A program made the translations under genes and the position numbers. A DNA stretch of 64,000 bases from a virus: positions 10,996 through 74,995 of IMG/VR virus record IMGVR_UViG_3300023184_000090, one strand, 5' to 3'. Positions 38,002-48,100 of the stretch are shown piece by piece (position 1 is the first letter of the stretch; every line of letters starts with the position of its first letter). The notes below the pieces were generated by a model. It worked only from the letters and a program-made list of their open reading frames with translations, was not told the DNA's origin and made no database searches.

Positions 38002-39143
38002 TGGCAATTCAGATCGACAACACAAATTCAGGCGTACTAACGTTAACAACAGACTCAAGCGCAGGCGCTACGCTTACTCTGCCTACTGTATTTGGTGAAG
38101 TAAACCAATGGGTAAAGACAGACGGGTCTGGCACTTTGTATTTTGGTGGGTCTTTGTCTGGTGCAGGTACATACTTAGCCACTGCAGCGCCTAATGCTAC
38201 GATTAATGCGTCTGTCATACAAGCAGGCGGGATTAGCCCTAGCGTTGCAATTAACTGGGCTACAAAAGGAACTGACGGCTATTACACATGGGTTATCCCA
38301 GATAGCACTTCGTCTACTGCAGGAAATGCCAGAGGCCCGTATTGCGTAGACTTTTCTACAGCGTCAGGAAATGCTAGAACAGGCACTGCATATGTTGCAA
38401 GTGGCTATCAAAACGTACTTCTTGGTTATCTAACAGGCATTCTTAACACTGGTACAACATGTAAGCTAAATTTCGTTTCAGGTAATGCCGCAGTTATAAG
38501 TTCATCGACCGGGGCAATGACAAATTCTGCCATACTGGGCGGAAATACTATAACAGCGGTTATCGGTGCATTAAGCACTCCGCCTTCGTTTACGGCAGTT
38601 ATTGCTTGCGACACCGTGGCAAATGTCAGTAACTCTTATAGTGTTTTACTGGGCGTTACTGCAGGAGGATCTCAAGGCACGTACAGTGAGTCATACACGC
38701 TTTTTCTAGGCGCTTACTCTTTTAGCAGTGGTTTTCATTGCGCAAGAAGAAAGACGATGGTTACATTTACAACAAACGCAACAGCTAAACCACTAACGTC
38801 TGACGGATCAAGTGCTACAACTGCAACTAATTGTGTAAGAATAGGGCTTAACAGTGGCGCCGGTTACACAGTTACAGTAGTTGCATCTTGCAACACAGGC
38901 ACAAACTTTAAATCATGGTCAATTACAGGAAATGTAAGATGCGGTGCAACGGCTGGAACTGCTGTGTCTGTAGGCTCTACTGTCACAGTAAACAATCAAA
39001 CGGGCACTAATGCTGCATCATGGGTTGTAGCAGCTGCAATAGACACGACACTGCCTGCTCTTCTTATTAACGTGACTGGAACGGCTTCAACAAACGTTTG
39101 CTGGAGCGCCATGGTTGAGATGGACGAAGCTAGGTTTAACTAA
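38001..39143 (+). CDS. tail fibre/spike paralog 4
   Basis: IPDSTSSTAGNARG motif and shared C-terminal domain. Confidence 0.75.
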   Translation: MAIQIDNTNSGVLTLTTDSSAGATLTLPTVFGEVNQWVKTDGSGTLYFGGSLSGAGTYLATAAPNATINASVIQAGGISPSVAINWATKGTDGYYTWVIPDSTSSTAGNARGPYCVDFSTASGNARTGTAYVASGYQNVLLGYLTGILNTGTTCKLNFVSGNAAVISSSTGAMTNSAILGGNTITAVIGALSTPPSFTAVIACDTVANVSNSYSVLLGVTAGGSQGTYSESYTLFLGAYSFSSGFHCARRKTMVTFTTNATAKPLTSDGSSATTATNCVRIGLNSGAGYTVTVVASCNTGTNFKSWSITGNVRCGATAGTAVSVGSTVTVNNQTGTNAASWVVAAAIDTTLPALLINVTGTASTNVCWSAMVEMDEARFN

Positions 39144-39163
39144 TTTTTAACAAGGAGTGAAAG

Positions 39164-39343
39164 ATGGACAAAGTAACAATTTCAATGAGCTTGGCAAATG
39201 AATTGCTTGGGTACTTAGGCAAAAAGCCTTACGAGGAAGTGTTTCAGATCATTGACAAGTTTCAGAAAGAACATCAATCAGCAGTGCAAGAAGCAAATTC
39301 GCCTGTGTCTGATGCTGTCATTGTAGATCAGCCGCAAGAGTAA
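39164..39343 (+). CDS. small protein, possible fibre chaperone
   Basis: 59 aa MDKVTISMSLANELLGYLGKKPYEEVFQII..., RBS AAGGAG; below the ORF-track cutoff. Confidence 0.65.
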   Translation: MDKVTISMSLANELLGYLGKKPYEEVFQIIDKFQKEHQSAVQEANSPVSDAVIVDQPQE

Positions 39344-39347
39344 CCGT

Positions 39348-39917
39348 ATTGATCCAGTAACGGCATTTGCCCTGTGTAAAGGGGCATATGAAGGCATAAA
39401 AGGTTGCGTTGCCATCTACCAAGACCTGAAGAAAACCGGGTCTGATCTATCAAAGATCACGGGTGAAGTTGGCGGAGCATTATCGGGGTTTTTCAAGGGT
39501 CAGGCAGAACTTGAGGCAGGCCATGAAAAAACAGAAGTTCAGCGGGAAGAAAACAAGCGCAAAGGAATCAAAGACGATCTAGCCAGTCAAGCCATAGACA
39601 ATGTAATGTATCTGCGGCAGACCAAACAGTTTTACGCCGACTTAGAGAGAATGGTGCGCTGGGAGATGGGACAACCCGATCTTTGGCGTGAATTCGTGAA
39701 TGAGTATCAGCGGCTGTTGGATCAAAAATCCGAAGATGCGGCAAGAGAATTGCACAAGAAAAGAGTGGCTGAATGGCGGCGACGAAGATTAAAAAGCAAA
39801 ATCCTGGGCAGGACGCTGGAAACGATAGGGGTGGTATTCGTGGTCGTGTATTTGATATGCCTAATGTGGATGATCAGTCTTCATCGTCAGGATCGTTTGG
39901 ATACCTTCTTGTCCTAG
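39348..39917 (+). CDS. membrane-anchored coiled-coil protein (lysis region), probable ATT start
   Basis: Frame of ORF 39606-39917 stays open 86 codons upstream to ATT-GAT-CCA (IDPVTAFALCK...); C-terminal TM helix. Confidence 0.6.
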   Translation: MDPVTAFALCKGAYEGIKGCVAIYQDLKKTGSDLSKITGEVGGALSGFFKGQAELEAGHEKTEVQREENKRKGIKDDLASQAIDNVMYLRQTKQFYADLERMVRWEMGQPDLWREFVNEYQRLLDQKSEDAARELHKKRVAEWRRRRLKSKILGRTLETIGVVFVVVYLICLMWMISLHRQDRLDTFLS

Positions 39918-40087
39918 TGCTATTTGCGCTAGTGTTTGTGCTAATGTTGCCGTTGATTGGGTTGATGTATGTAGACACCATGGTGGTGAAACGTGAGGCA
40001 AAAGCACAAATGGAGAAAACAGAAAAACTCCAAAAGCAAATTGAAGCTGAAAGGAAAAAAGATGGAAACCTTACTCAATCTCCTTAA
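39857..40087 (+). CDS. single-TM membrane protein (spanin/holin-like)
   Basis: YLLVLVLFALVFVLMLPLIGLMY followed by a coiled coil. Confidence 0.55.
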   Translation: MPNVDDQSSSSGSFGYLLVLVLFALVFVLMLPLIGLMYVDTMVVKREAKAQMEKTEKLQKQIEAERKKDGNLTQSP

Positions 40088-40556
40088 AGGCGCAGCGCCA
40101 GGACTGGCAACCATTGTGGCTGGCCCGTTGGGTGGCATGGCTGTCAAAGCCATTGCTGACAAGCTGGGCGTTTCTGACAGCGTAGAGGCCATTACCCAAG
40201 CCATGCAAGCAGACCCAGAGGCGGCACAAAAGCTGGCAGAGATTGACCTAAAACAATTTCAGTTAGAAAACGATGATCGCGCCAGCGCCCGGCATATGCA
40301 AGAAACGGCACTCCAACAAGAATCTTGGTTTGCCAAAAATTTTCTTTATTTGTTTACCGCCACTTGGTCAATCTTTGCAATGGTTTTTTTTGCTATGGCA
40401 TCGTTCTACTCTATACCAGAGGCCAACACCCGCATTGTCGATACCATCATTGGTGTGCTAATTGGCACAGTTTTGACTGGATTCTTTAACTTCTTTTTTG
40501 GTTCATCCAAGGGAAGCAAAGATAAAACCGATGCGCTTGTAAAGGGTTTGAAATGA
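40062..40556 (+). CDS. putative holin
   Basis: APGLAT..AGPLGG N-terminus, DRASAR, two C-terminal TM helices ending FFFGSS. Confidence 0.7.
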   Translation: METLLNLLKGAAPGLATIVAGPLGGMAVKAIADKLGVSDSVEAITQAMQADPEAAQKLAEIDLKQFQLENDDRASARHMQETALQQESWFAKNFLYLFTATWSIFAMVFFAMASFYSIPEANTRIVDTIIGVLIGTVLTGFFNFFFGSSKGSKDKTDALVKGLK

Positions 40557-40981
40557 ACCTATCAACCCATTTCACTTTGGAAGAACTGACAATCACAGAT
40601 CATCGGGAACTGGAGAACACACCAAATGAAACTGAACTTGCAAACCTTAAAAGATTGGCTGAATTCCTTGAAACAGTCAAAACTGTACTTGGCGGCAAGC
40701 CGATCATGGTTAACAGTGCGTTCCGCTCTAAAGCGGTCAACGACGCGGTAGGTTCCAAGGATACCAGTCAACACAGAACAGGGTGTGCTGCCGACATTCG
40801 TGTCCCAGGCATGACCCCGGATGAAGTGGTTAAAGCCATCATTTCAGCCGAGCTGTACTACGACCAGGTGATTCGAGAGTTTGATCGCTGGACTCATGTG
40901 TCAATACCTAACACAAGCGGCTTGCAGTCTAGAAAACAAGCCTTAATTATTGACAGATCCGGTACACGAATGTATGCTTAG
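40553..40981 (+). CDS. endolysin, peptidase M15A family
   Basis: HFTLEE, SAFRS..VN.AVG, SQH..G.AADI, WTHVS. Confidence 0.9.
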   Translation: MNLSTHFTLEELTITDHRELENTPNETELANLKRLAEFLETVKTVLGGKPIMVNSAFRSKAVNDAVGSKDTSQHRTGCAADIRVPGMTPDEVVKAIISAELYYDQVIREFDRWTHVSIPNTSGLQSRKQALIIDRSGTRMYA

Positions 40982-41026
40982 TCATATAATGGCGGACAGG
41001 ACTAGACCCTAAAGGAGACACTGTCG

Positions 41027-41662
41027 ATGGCCACAGCATCAGTGATGACTTATGATAGTCTAGTCGAGAACATTCAGTCATACCTAGAGCGCACTGATAC
41101 AGCAACTATTGAAAAGATACCGCTGTTCATTATGCTAGCCGAGCAAGTGATTGCTTCGCAAATCAAGTTTCTAGGCAATCTTACAGTCAATACAAGTACC
41201 ATGGTCATAGGTACGTCGATTGTTCAAAAGCCTGCCAGGTGGCATAAAACCGTATCGATGAACATCACTGTTGCAGGTGTTCGTCAGCCTGTGCTTCTTC
41301 GTAAGTATGAATACATCAGGAACTACTGGCCTAACCCTGCATTAACCGGGACGCCTTTGTATTATTGCGACTACGATTACACGAACTGGCTGATCTGCCC
41401 CACACCTGACGCGGCTTACAATTTTGAAGTGCTTTACTATGATAGATCACAACCGTTAGATTCTAGTAATCAGACAAACTGGTTTACGATTTATGCACCA
41501 CAAGCATTGTTGTACGGTTCACTTTTGCAAGCAATGCCATTCTTAAAGAATGATCAACGACTTGCATTCTTTCAGCAACAATACGATCTTGTCATGTCAA
41601 CGCTTACTACTGAAGATAAGCTGCGCATTGCTGATCGTCAAGCCATAGCGGTGGATTCATGA
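41027..41662 (+). CDS. tail adaptor / tubular protein A-like
   Basis: TYDSL...IPLFIMLAE, PTPD..Y, TNW....P.ALLYGSL.QAMPFLKND. Confidence 0.7.
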   Translation: MATASVMTYDSLVENIQSYLERTDTATIEKIPLFIMLAEQVIASQIKFLGNLTVNTSTMVIGTSIVQKPARWHKTVSMNITVAGVRQPVLLRKYEYIRNYWPNPALTGTPLYYCDYDYTNWLICPTPDAAYNFEVLYYDRSQPLDSSNQTNWFTIYAPQALLYGSLLQAMPFLKNDQRLAFFQQQYDLVMSTLTTEDKLRIADRQAIAVDS

Positions 41663-42888
41663 GTTACGTTTCTCCATTCACAGGCGATGTTATTCAGCCG
41701 ACTGACGTCTCTTTTAGAGCCGTTACTCTATCTGCTAACACACAATTGCAATGGCCTATCAACGGCAATGCAACAGATGACTATGTAGCAAGAATTATGC
41801 AGGTTACTGCAACGACAACAAGTTTGTCGTTGTATATGCCGCCGGCTAATCAAGCTTCTGTGGGCAATGACGTACTTGTTCGTAACGTAGGTGCCAACTC
41901 ATTCACTGTTAAAGACTACGCCGGAACGAACACAATCATCACGATTGCTGCAGGTGAAGCAAAATACATTTACATTACAGCAAACCCTAATGAGCAAGGC
42001 ACATGGGGCATCATTGCATTTGGTGTAGGCTCATCTACTGCTGACGCTGCAACATTGGCGGGCTATGGGTTGTTGGCAATCACAACCACGCTAAACCAAA
42101 GCCACCCTGTTACACAGTTTTCATCGCCATACACTGCTATTGACACTGATCGTGCACAAATGTATGCATGGACAGGTGGTGCAGGGACGCTTACTCTTAC
42201 GCTGGCTACGACTCTTGGCAACAACTGGTTTATGTTTTTGCGAAATGCAGGAACAGGCACGCTAACTGTTGCAGGGCAAAGTGGAAACACGATCGACGGC
42301 TCAACTACGATTGCAATGCAGCCGAACGATTCTTGTATTCTTGTTTGTACAGGCACAACGTTTTACACTGTAGGCTTAGGCAAATCTACACAGTTTGCGT
42401 TTACACAGCTTACGAAAGCAGTTACATCAGGCTCATACACACTAACTGCAGCTGAAGCATCTAACGTTGTCCAAAAATACACAGGTGCACTGACAGGCAA
42501 TGTGACGATTGTTGTACCACCAACCGTTCAAGTGTACTATGTGGTGAATGCAACCACTGGTGCATACACAGTAACACTTACAACAGGTAGTGGAGCAACG
42601 GCAGTTCTAACGACGGCAACACAAGCAACTCTAGTTTGTGATTCTGTTAACTTGTATAACGCCAACACAATTCTTGCCGGGTCAAGTACGATTAGTTTGC
42701 AAAATGGCTCAGTAGGCGCGCCTTCACTTGCATTTGCATCAGAAGCGACAACAGGCGTGTATCGAGCAGGCACCGGTCAGCTTAATATTGCCGTGCTTGG
42801 CGTACTTGTGGCAACAGTAAATGCAACCGGGCTAACTATTGTCGGAACAGGCACATTTACGAGCGGCATATCAGGAGGCTCGTTTTAA
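41659..42888 (+). CDS. tail-associated structural protein
   Basis: Thr/Gly-rich beta repeats, GSVGAPSLAF...TGVY fibre motif. Confidence 0.65.
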   Translation: MSYVSPFTGDVIQPTDVSFRAVTLSANTQLQWPINGNATDDYVARIMQVTATTTSLSLYMPPANQASVGNDVLVRNVGANSFTVKDYAGTNTIITIAAGEAKYIYITANPNEQGTWGIIAFGVGSSTADAATLAGYGLLAITTTLNQSHPVTQFSSPYTAIDTDRAQMYAWTGGAGTLTLTLATTLGNNWFMFLRNAGTGTLTVAGQSGNTIDGSTTIAMQPNDSCILVCTGTTFYTVGLGKSTQFAFTQLTKAVTSGSYTLTAAEASNVVQKYTGALTGNVTIVVPPTVQVYYVVNATTGAYTVTLTTGSGATAVLTTATQATLVCDSVNLYNANTILAGSSTISLQNGSVGAPSLAFASEATTGVYRAGTGQLNIAVLGVLVATVNATGLTIVGTGTFTSGISGGSF

Positions 42889-44879
42889 TGACGCTTAAAG
42901 TCTTTTCACTGGATACTTTGCCTGGTGTTCAGCGTGACGGCACTGTGCTTGATGCAAATGCTTACAATGCAGGTCGATGGATAAGATTTCAGCGCAGTCG
43001 CCCTAGAAAAATAGGTGGCTATCGGTCAGTAACTAATCTAGCTACTGGGTATTCTCGTGGCATCTATGTAAATTCATCTAACGGCACCAACCAGATTTTT
43101 AATGGCACATCTGGCGCGCTTGAAGTGCTTGCTATTGACAACAGTGGCATTGGGTCAGGTGTGAACCAGTTTACGCTGTCTGACTTCACGTCATCAGTGC
43201 TTAATCTTTGGCAGTTTGATTCTTTATTTGATGCAGGCGGTTCTGGTGATCAGCTGCTTCTTGCACACCCAGGTCAAAACCTTGCGCAAGTTGATGCAAT
43301 TGCAAACACGCCTGTTCTACAAGGTGACATCAACAGCACTACAATGTCTAAAATTGGTGTGTTTAGCATTGCAGGTTGCACTAAAGCCAGCGGTTCAAGT
43401 TTCTTCACGTTGCCTGCGGCAGACACGCGCGTTGGCGCAGGTCAGTCAGTGAGCGGGACAGGTATTGCAGCAAACACTGTAGTAACGTCCGTTGCAGGAA
43501 CTCAAGTTAATATTTCAATTAACACAACTAACGCCACTACTGCAACAATCACGTTTGACAACAATGTTTCGGTGTCAGGCGGTGTTGTTGTATTGCACCC
43601 CTATGTGTTTGTTTACGGGAACAGCGGGTTGCTTAAGAACTGTGCGGCAGGTGACCCAACTGACTGGATAAGTGCAGACTCTAACGAAACCAACGTGGCA
43701 TCAACAAAGATCGTCAAAGGCTTGCCTGTTCGCGGCGGTTCTAACTCGCCTTCTGGGTTGTTTTGGGCTACTGATTCGCTAATTCGTGTGTCGTATGCGC
43801 CAACAACTGTAGGTTCAGGCACGATCTATTGGCGCTATGATGTAATTTCAAGTCAGTCATCTATCTTGTCATCTTCATCCGTGATTGAGTATGACGGTGT
43901 GTATTACTGGTGTGGCGTCGACAGATTTTTGATGTACAACGGTGTGGTCAAGGAAATTAAGAACGACTTTAACCAAAACTACTTCTTTGACAATTTGAAC
44001 TATGCCCAAAGACAAAAAGTCTGGGCTACTAAAGTGCCTCGGTTTGGCGAAATCTGGTGGTTCTTTCCGTCTGGTGACAGTACTGAATGCAATGATGCAG
44101 TAATCTACAACATTCGTGAAGGCGTATGGTATGACGCCGGCGAATCACCCGGCGCATATAGATCTGCAGGGTACTTTTCTCAAGTGTTCAGCTATCCAAT
44201 TAATGCAGGAACTACGCTTTCCACGTCTCAGACACTGTTTAGTGCATCTATCATTACGCAGTCGACAGCAGTAATTAAAGTTCCATTGCCTTCTTCATCT
44301 AACCCGTACACTAACCTAATTGCAGTAGGCCAGCTTGTCACTGCCGTAGGCATCCCATCGAATTCTTACATATCTGCAATTGCGCCAAGTGCAACTCTTA
44401 ACTATTGGGATGTGACAATTACTGTTGCGGCAACTACATCATCAACAGTGGATGCAACATTTAGTAGCGTTGCAGGCTTTGTGACGCTTTGGCAGCATGA
44501 GATTGGTACGGATGAAGTGAATGGTGTTCAGCAGAATGCGATTGAAAGCTACTTTGAAACTTGTGATCTAGGCTGGATGCGTGGCGGTCCTGCACAAGCA
44601 GCGCCAATGGGCGACAATGTCTGGCTGCACCTAGAACGGGTTGAGCCAGATTTCATTCAATCAGGCGCGATGTCACTTGAAGTCACAGGTCGACCATATG
44701 CTCAAGCAGAAGACTCAACTACAGGCCCTTATACGTTCGACCCTGATACACATAAGATCGACTTACGTGAACAGCGTAGAGAACTACGTCTAAAGTTTAC
44801 AAGCAATGTGCAAGGCGGTACATACCAACTAGGCAAGCTAATTGTGTCGGTTGATGCCGGTGATGTGAGAGGCTACTAA
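42888..44879 (+). CDS. tail nozzle / tubular protein B-like (P22 gp10-like)
   Basis: WIRF...PRKIGG, YWCGVDRFLMYNG.V, FGEIWWFFP...C...VIYN beta-propeller pattern. Confidence 0.7.
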   Translation: MTLKVFSLDTLPGVQRDGTVLDANAYNAGRWIRFQRSRPRKIGGYRSVTNLATGYSRGIYVNSSNGTNQIFNGTSGALEVLAIDNSGIGSGVNQFTLSDFTSSVLNLWQFDSLFDAGGSGDQLLLAHPGQNLAQVDAIANTPVLQGDINSTTMSKIGVFSIAGCTKASGSSFFTLPAADTRVGAGQSVSGTGIAANTVVTSVAGTQVNISINTTNATTATITFDNNVSVSGGVVVLHPYVFVYGNSGLLKNCAAGDPTDWISADSNETNVASTKIVKGLPVRGGSNSPSGLFWATDSLIRVSYAPTTVGSGTIYWRYDVISSQSSILSSSSVIEYDGVYYWCGVDRFLMYNGVVKEIKNDFNQNYFFDNLNYAQRQKVWATKVPRFGEIWWFFPSGDSTECNDAVIYNIREGVWYDAGESPGAYRSAGYFSQVFSYPINAGTTLSTSQTLFSASIITQSTAVIKVPLPSSSNPYTNLIAVGQLVTAVGIPSNSYISAIAPSATLNYWDVTITVAATTSSTVDATFSSVAGFVTLWQHEIGTDEVNGVQQNAIESYFETCDLGWMRGGPAQAAPMGDNVWLHLERVEPDFIQSGAMSLEVTGRPYAQAEDSTTGPYTFDPDTHKIDLREQRRELRLKFTSNVQGGTYQLGKLIVSVDAGDVRGY

Positions 44880-45127
44880 TGGCACTTGCGCTTGTTTACG
44901 ATCCTAGATACCACACATGGGACTCATGGACAAGCCTAATGTGTGAGGCGTATGCCGGTCAACAATTGCAGATGAACCCGAGTGAGGAGAACTGGAAGTC
45001 GTGGGCAGAAGGTCTTAATGCTATCGATATCTTCACGAATGAAGCAATCCCTAGCCCTTCAAGATTTGAAACTTGGCAAGAATGGGCACAAAGTCTTGTG
45101 AATGCTGTGAACCAGAAAGTCAGCTAA
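44879..45127 (+). CDS. small Trp-rich tail-module protein
   Basis: DPR...W..W...W..WA...WQEWA. Confidence 0.65.
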   Translation: MALALVYDPRYHTWDSWTSLMCEAYAGQQLQMNPSEENWKSWAEGLNAIDIFTNEAIPSPSRFETWQEWAQSLVNAVNQKVS

Positions 45128-48100
45128 ATGAATAGACAAGCATGGGCTCTCTTAGGCGTTCCAGATCTACCTGTCGATGCGTTTAAGCACGTAGGCGATA
45201 GGAAGATTAAGCCGCATATCTTAGGTATTGACAACCCATTCCATGGGGACAGCAATAGCAATGGCAGTAGTGGCGGCGGTGGCGGCTGGGACCCATTTAA
45301 CGGGTCAATCATTCCAGGGGTTAACAACCCATTCCAAGGCGGAAGTTCAACATGGCTTCCTGGCGCAGGCGATCTTAATCCGTTTAACCCCAATTCAGCT
45401 GTAGGTCAAGCCACTCGTGGGGTTGGCGAGTTAAATGTATGGAACCCTGACTCTGAAGCAGGGAAAATTGCAAACAAGCTTGCTAAAGACATAGGCTCTA
45501 CAGTAGAAGCCATTGCTAAAGACCCTAAGAAATTAGCTGCTGTTGCAGTCATGATTGCATTTCCGGCGGCTGCATCTTCAGTTGCTAGCTACTTATTGCC
45601 TGCCGAATTTGTTGCAGCATATCCAACCATTGCAACAATCATTGGTCAGACTGCAGTCAACACAGCCACTAACGGCGGTGATGTTAAAGCAGCAGTTACG
45701 TCAGCAGCTCTGCAGTATGGCGCCCCTAAAGCGGCAGACTGGCTTGCAAAATCATACGCAAGCGATGCAGTTAGTCGCGCTTTAACAGACTGGGCTGCAA
45801 AAGCGACTGTTGATGTAGGACTTTCAGCTGCTATGGGTAAAGACCCCATGACTGCACTGATATTTAGTGGTCAACAAGCAGCTGTTGACGCTGTTCTTAA
45901 ATACACCGGCATTGGCGATCAAGTATCTAAATTGCCTGATACAGCCGCCAAAGCGCTTAAAGCCGCTGTTACTGCAAAATTTAATGGTGTTGACCCATCT
46001 AAAGCAGCGGCAAATGCAATGGTGCAAGATGCCATCGCGTCCGCTCAGAACATGGTCAAGGCGCAAGCTAAGCTTGCAGCTGCAGGTGTTAAGACACTGA
46101 CTGAGAAGCAACTTGCCGGCATACCACACATCCTTACGCCTGCAGCTGCTGAGTCGCTTGTCAAAGTGCAACAAGCCGCAGATAAAGCAGGGCATGCGCT
46201 AACTGCTAAAGACATCAATGAAGCATCTTGGTCTTTTAAAGACAATGGCGGTGATGCAGATACTTGGCAAGAACTTACAACAGTAGACCAAGATGCAATC
46301 AATAAGATCATTGGTAGTTGGGATAATGCCGATGACAAGACCGACTCATCTAGCACTTCCAATCCGACTAACATTAATGCTAATCAAAAATTCTATGAGT
46401 CATTGGCTGACGACTTCATTGTGGCAGTTGATCAAAATGGAAACCAGTACACAAAAGCTCAGTATGAAGACTGGTTAGATAGCCAAGACGACACAGCGAC
46501 TGAGCCAACTTCACAGCCGCTTAAGCCGACACCACCTCCTCCGACAGCAGTTACGCTTGTGACGCCGGACATGCCGGATGTTGATAGCTACTCTGACAGA
46601 GAAGTCAGTAATGCAACTCGACTGTGGGTTGAGAATCATGGTCGTCAACCGACAGAAGATGAACTGCAAAATGTCTTATCGGGTGGGTGGGGCAAATATG
46701 ATGCACCGGCAGTACAACAGCCTGGTCAACCGACAGGTTCATTGCCTGTTGCCAGTGAAGACACAAGCGAGCCTGGAAATATCTTTGCATTTGGGCGAAG
46801 CTGGACAAAGTCAGAGTACGATAATTATGTAGAAGAACAACGTGCAGCTGCAGAAGCTAAATATGCTGCAGATCTACAAGCTGCACAAGCTGCACAACGC
46901 GCAAAGACTGAGGCAGAAAGTAATGCAGCACACTTAAAATGGGAGCAAGAACAATTAGCTTTAGGCAGGCATGTTTATAAGCCAAGTGAACCTGCACAAC
47001 CGCCTGCTGCATTGCCTGTTGCGCCACCTCCGCCGATAGAGCCTGCTGCGTTGCCTGTTACTCAGCCGACAGAGCCTGTCCAAACTGCATTGCCTGTTAC
47101 ACTACCTCCGCCAACCGGTACACAGTTGGCATCAGCTGATCGCAATTTTAGTGCTGAAGCCGGCCCAATTACAGTAACAGGCACTCCTATCTTTGCAGGT
47201 GATTCACGGTCGAATGATGTTGATCCGCCTCCTGGGTTTAGACTGCTTGACAAATCAGAAGGCACGCCTAAGTTTAATGAAGAACTGGATGGCTATGTAG
47301 ACACGCAAAAAGGCACGTTTTACGACCCTGTTCAAAATGCGTGGTTCACAAAAGATGTCAATAGCACTGCTGAAATAGCAGAATTGCGTGATTGGCTGTT
47401 GAATTCCGGCTTGCCTGCAGGATTTGGTAATGTAGTTGCAGACTTAGCAGAAGACGGTGGCGTAGGGCCGAACACTGAGTTGGAATTGTCTGATGAAGAC
47501 ATAGCGCTTTATCAGTCAATTGCGCAAAATGACGGGTTCTTATCGCTTACTCCCAATGGCTCATACAAGTGGGTCAAAACAAACGACCCTAGCGCTTTTG
47601 ATGATGAAGAAGGCTACTATGTTGTCGGAGACAGTGGTGAGTCACAGTGGGTCGACAAAGAAACGTTGCAAACCATAGATGACATTCTTGAAGAGCATAA
47701 AACGCCTGATAAGCCAGACGGTGCTCTTCCTGTCATAGACGGCCGTGAGACGACAGGCCCGCTAACTAATCCTACGACAGGCCCTAGCACAGATGGGCCA
47801 ACAGGCCCTAGCACAGATGGGCCAACAGGCCCTAGCACAGACGGGCCAACAGGCCCGTTGACTGACCCTGTAACTGACCCTGTAACTGACCCTGTAACTG
47901 ATCCTGTAACTGACCCTGTAACTGACCCTGTTGAAGAAGAGCCTGTTGAAGAAGAGCCTGTAACTGACCCTGTAACTGACCCTGTTGAAGAAGAGCCTGA
48001 TGGCGGATGTGGCGAAGGATGGCACTGGGATGGAAGCAAGTGCGTCTTAGATGACGACCCTGTGCCTGTCACTAAAGAAGATGACATTCCAACTGATGAC

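Noticed and set aside
33376-39143. Diversity-generating retroelement or invertible fibre switch
   Set aside because: No reverse transcriptase or invertase, and no near-identical TR/VR pair; the paralogs are highly diverged and co-oriented.
47777-47999. CRISPR array, given two Cas4-like genes in the window
   Set aside because: Repeats are head-to-tail with no unique spacers and lie in frame inside a CDS; the Cas4-like genes are ordinary phage replication nucleases and there is no cas1/cas2.
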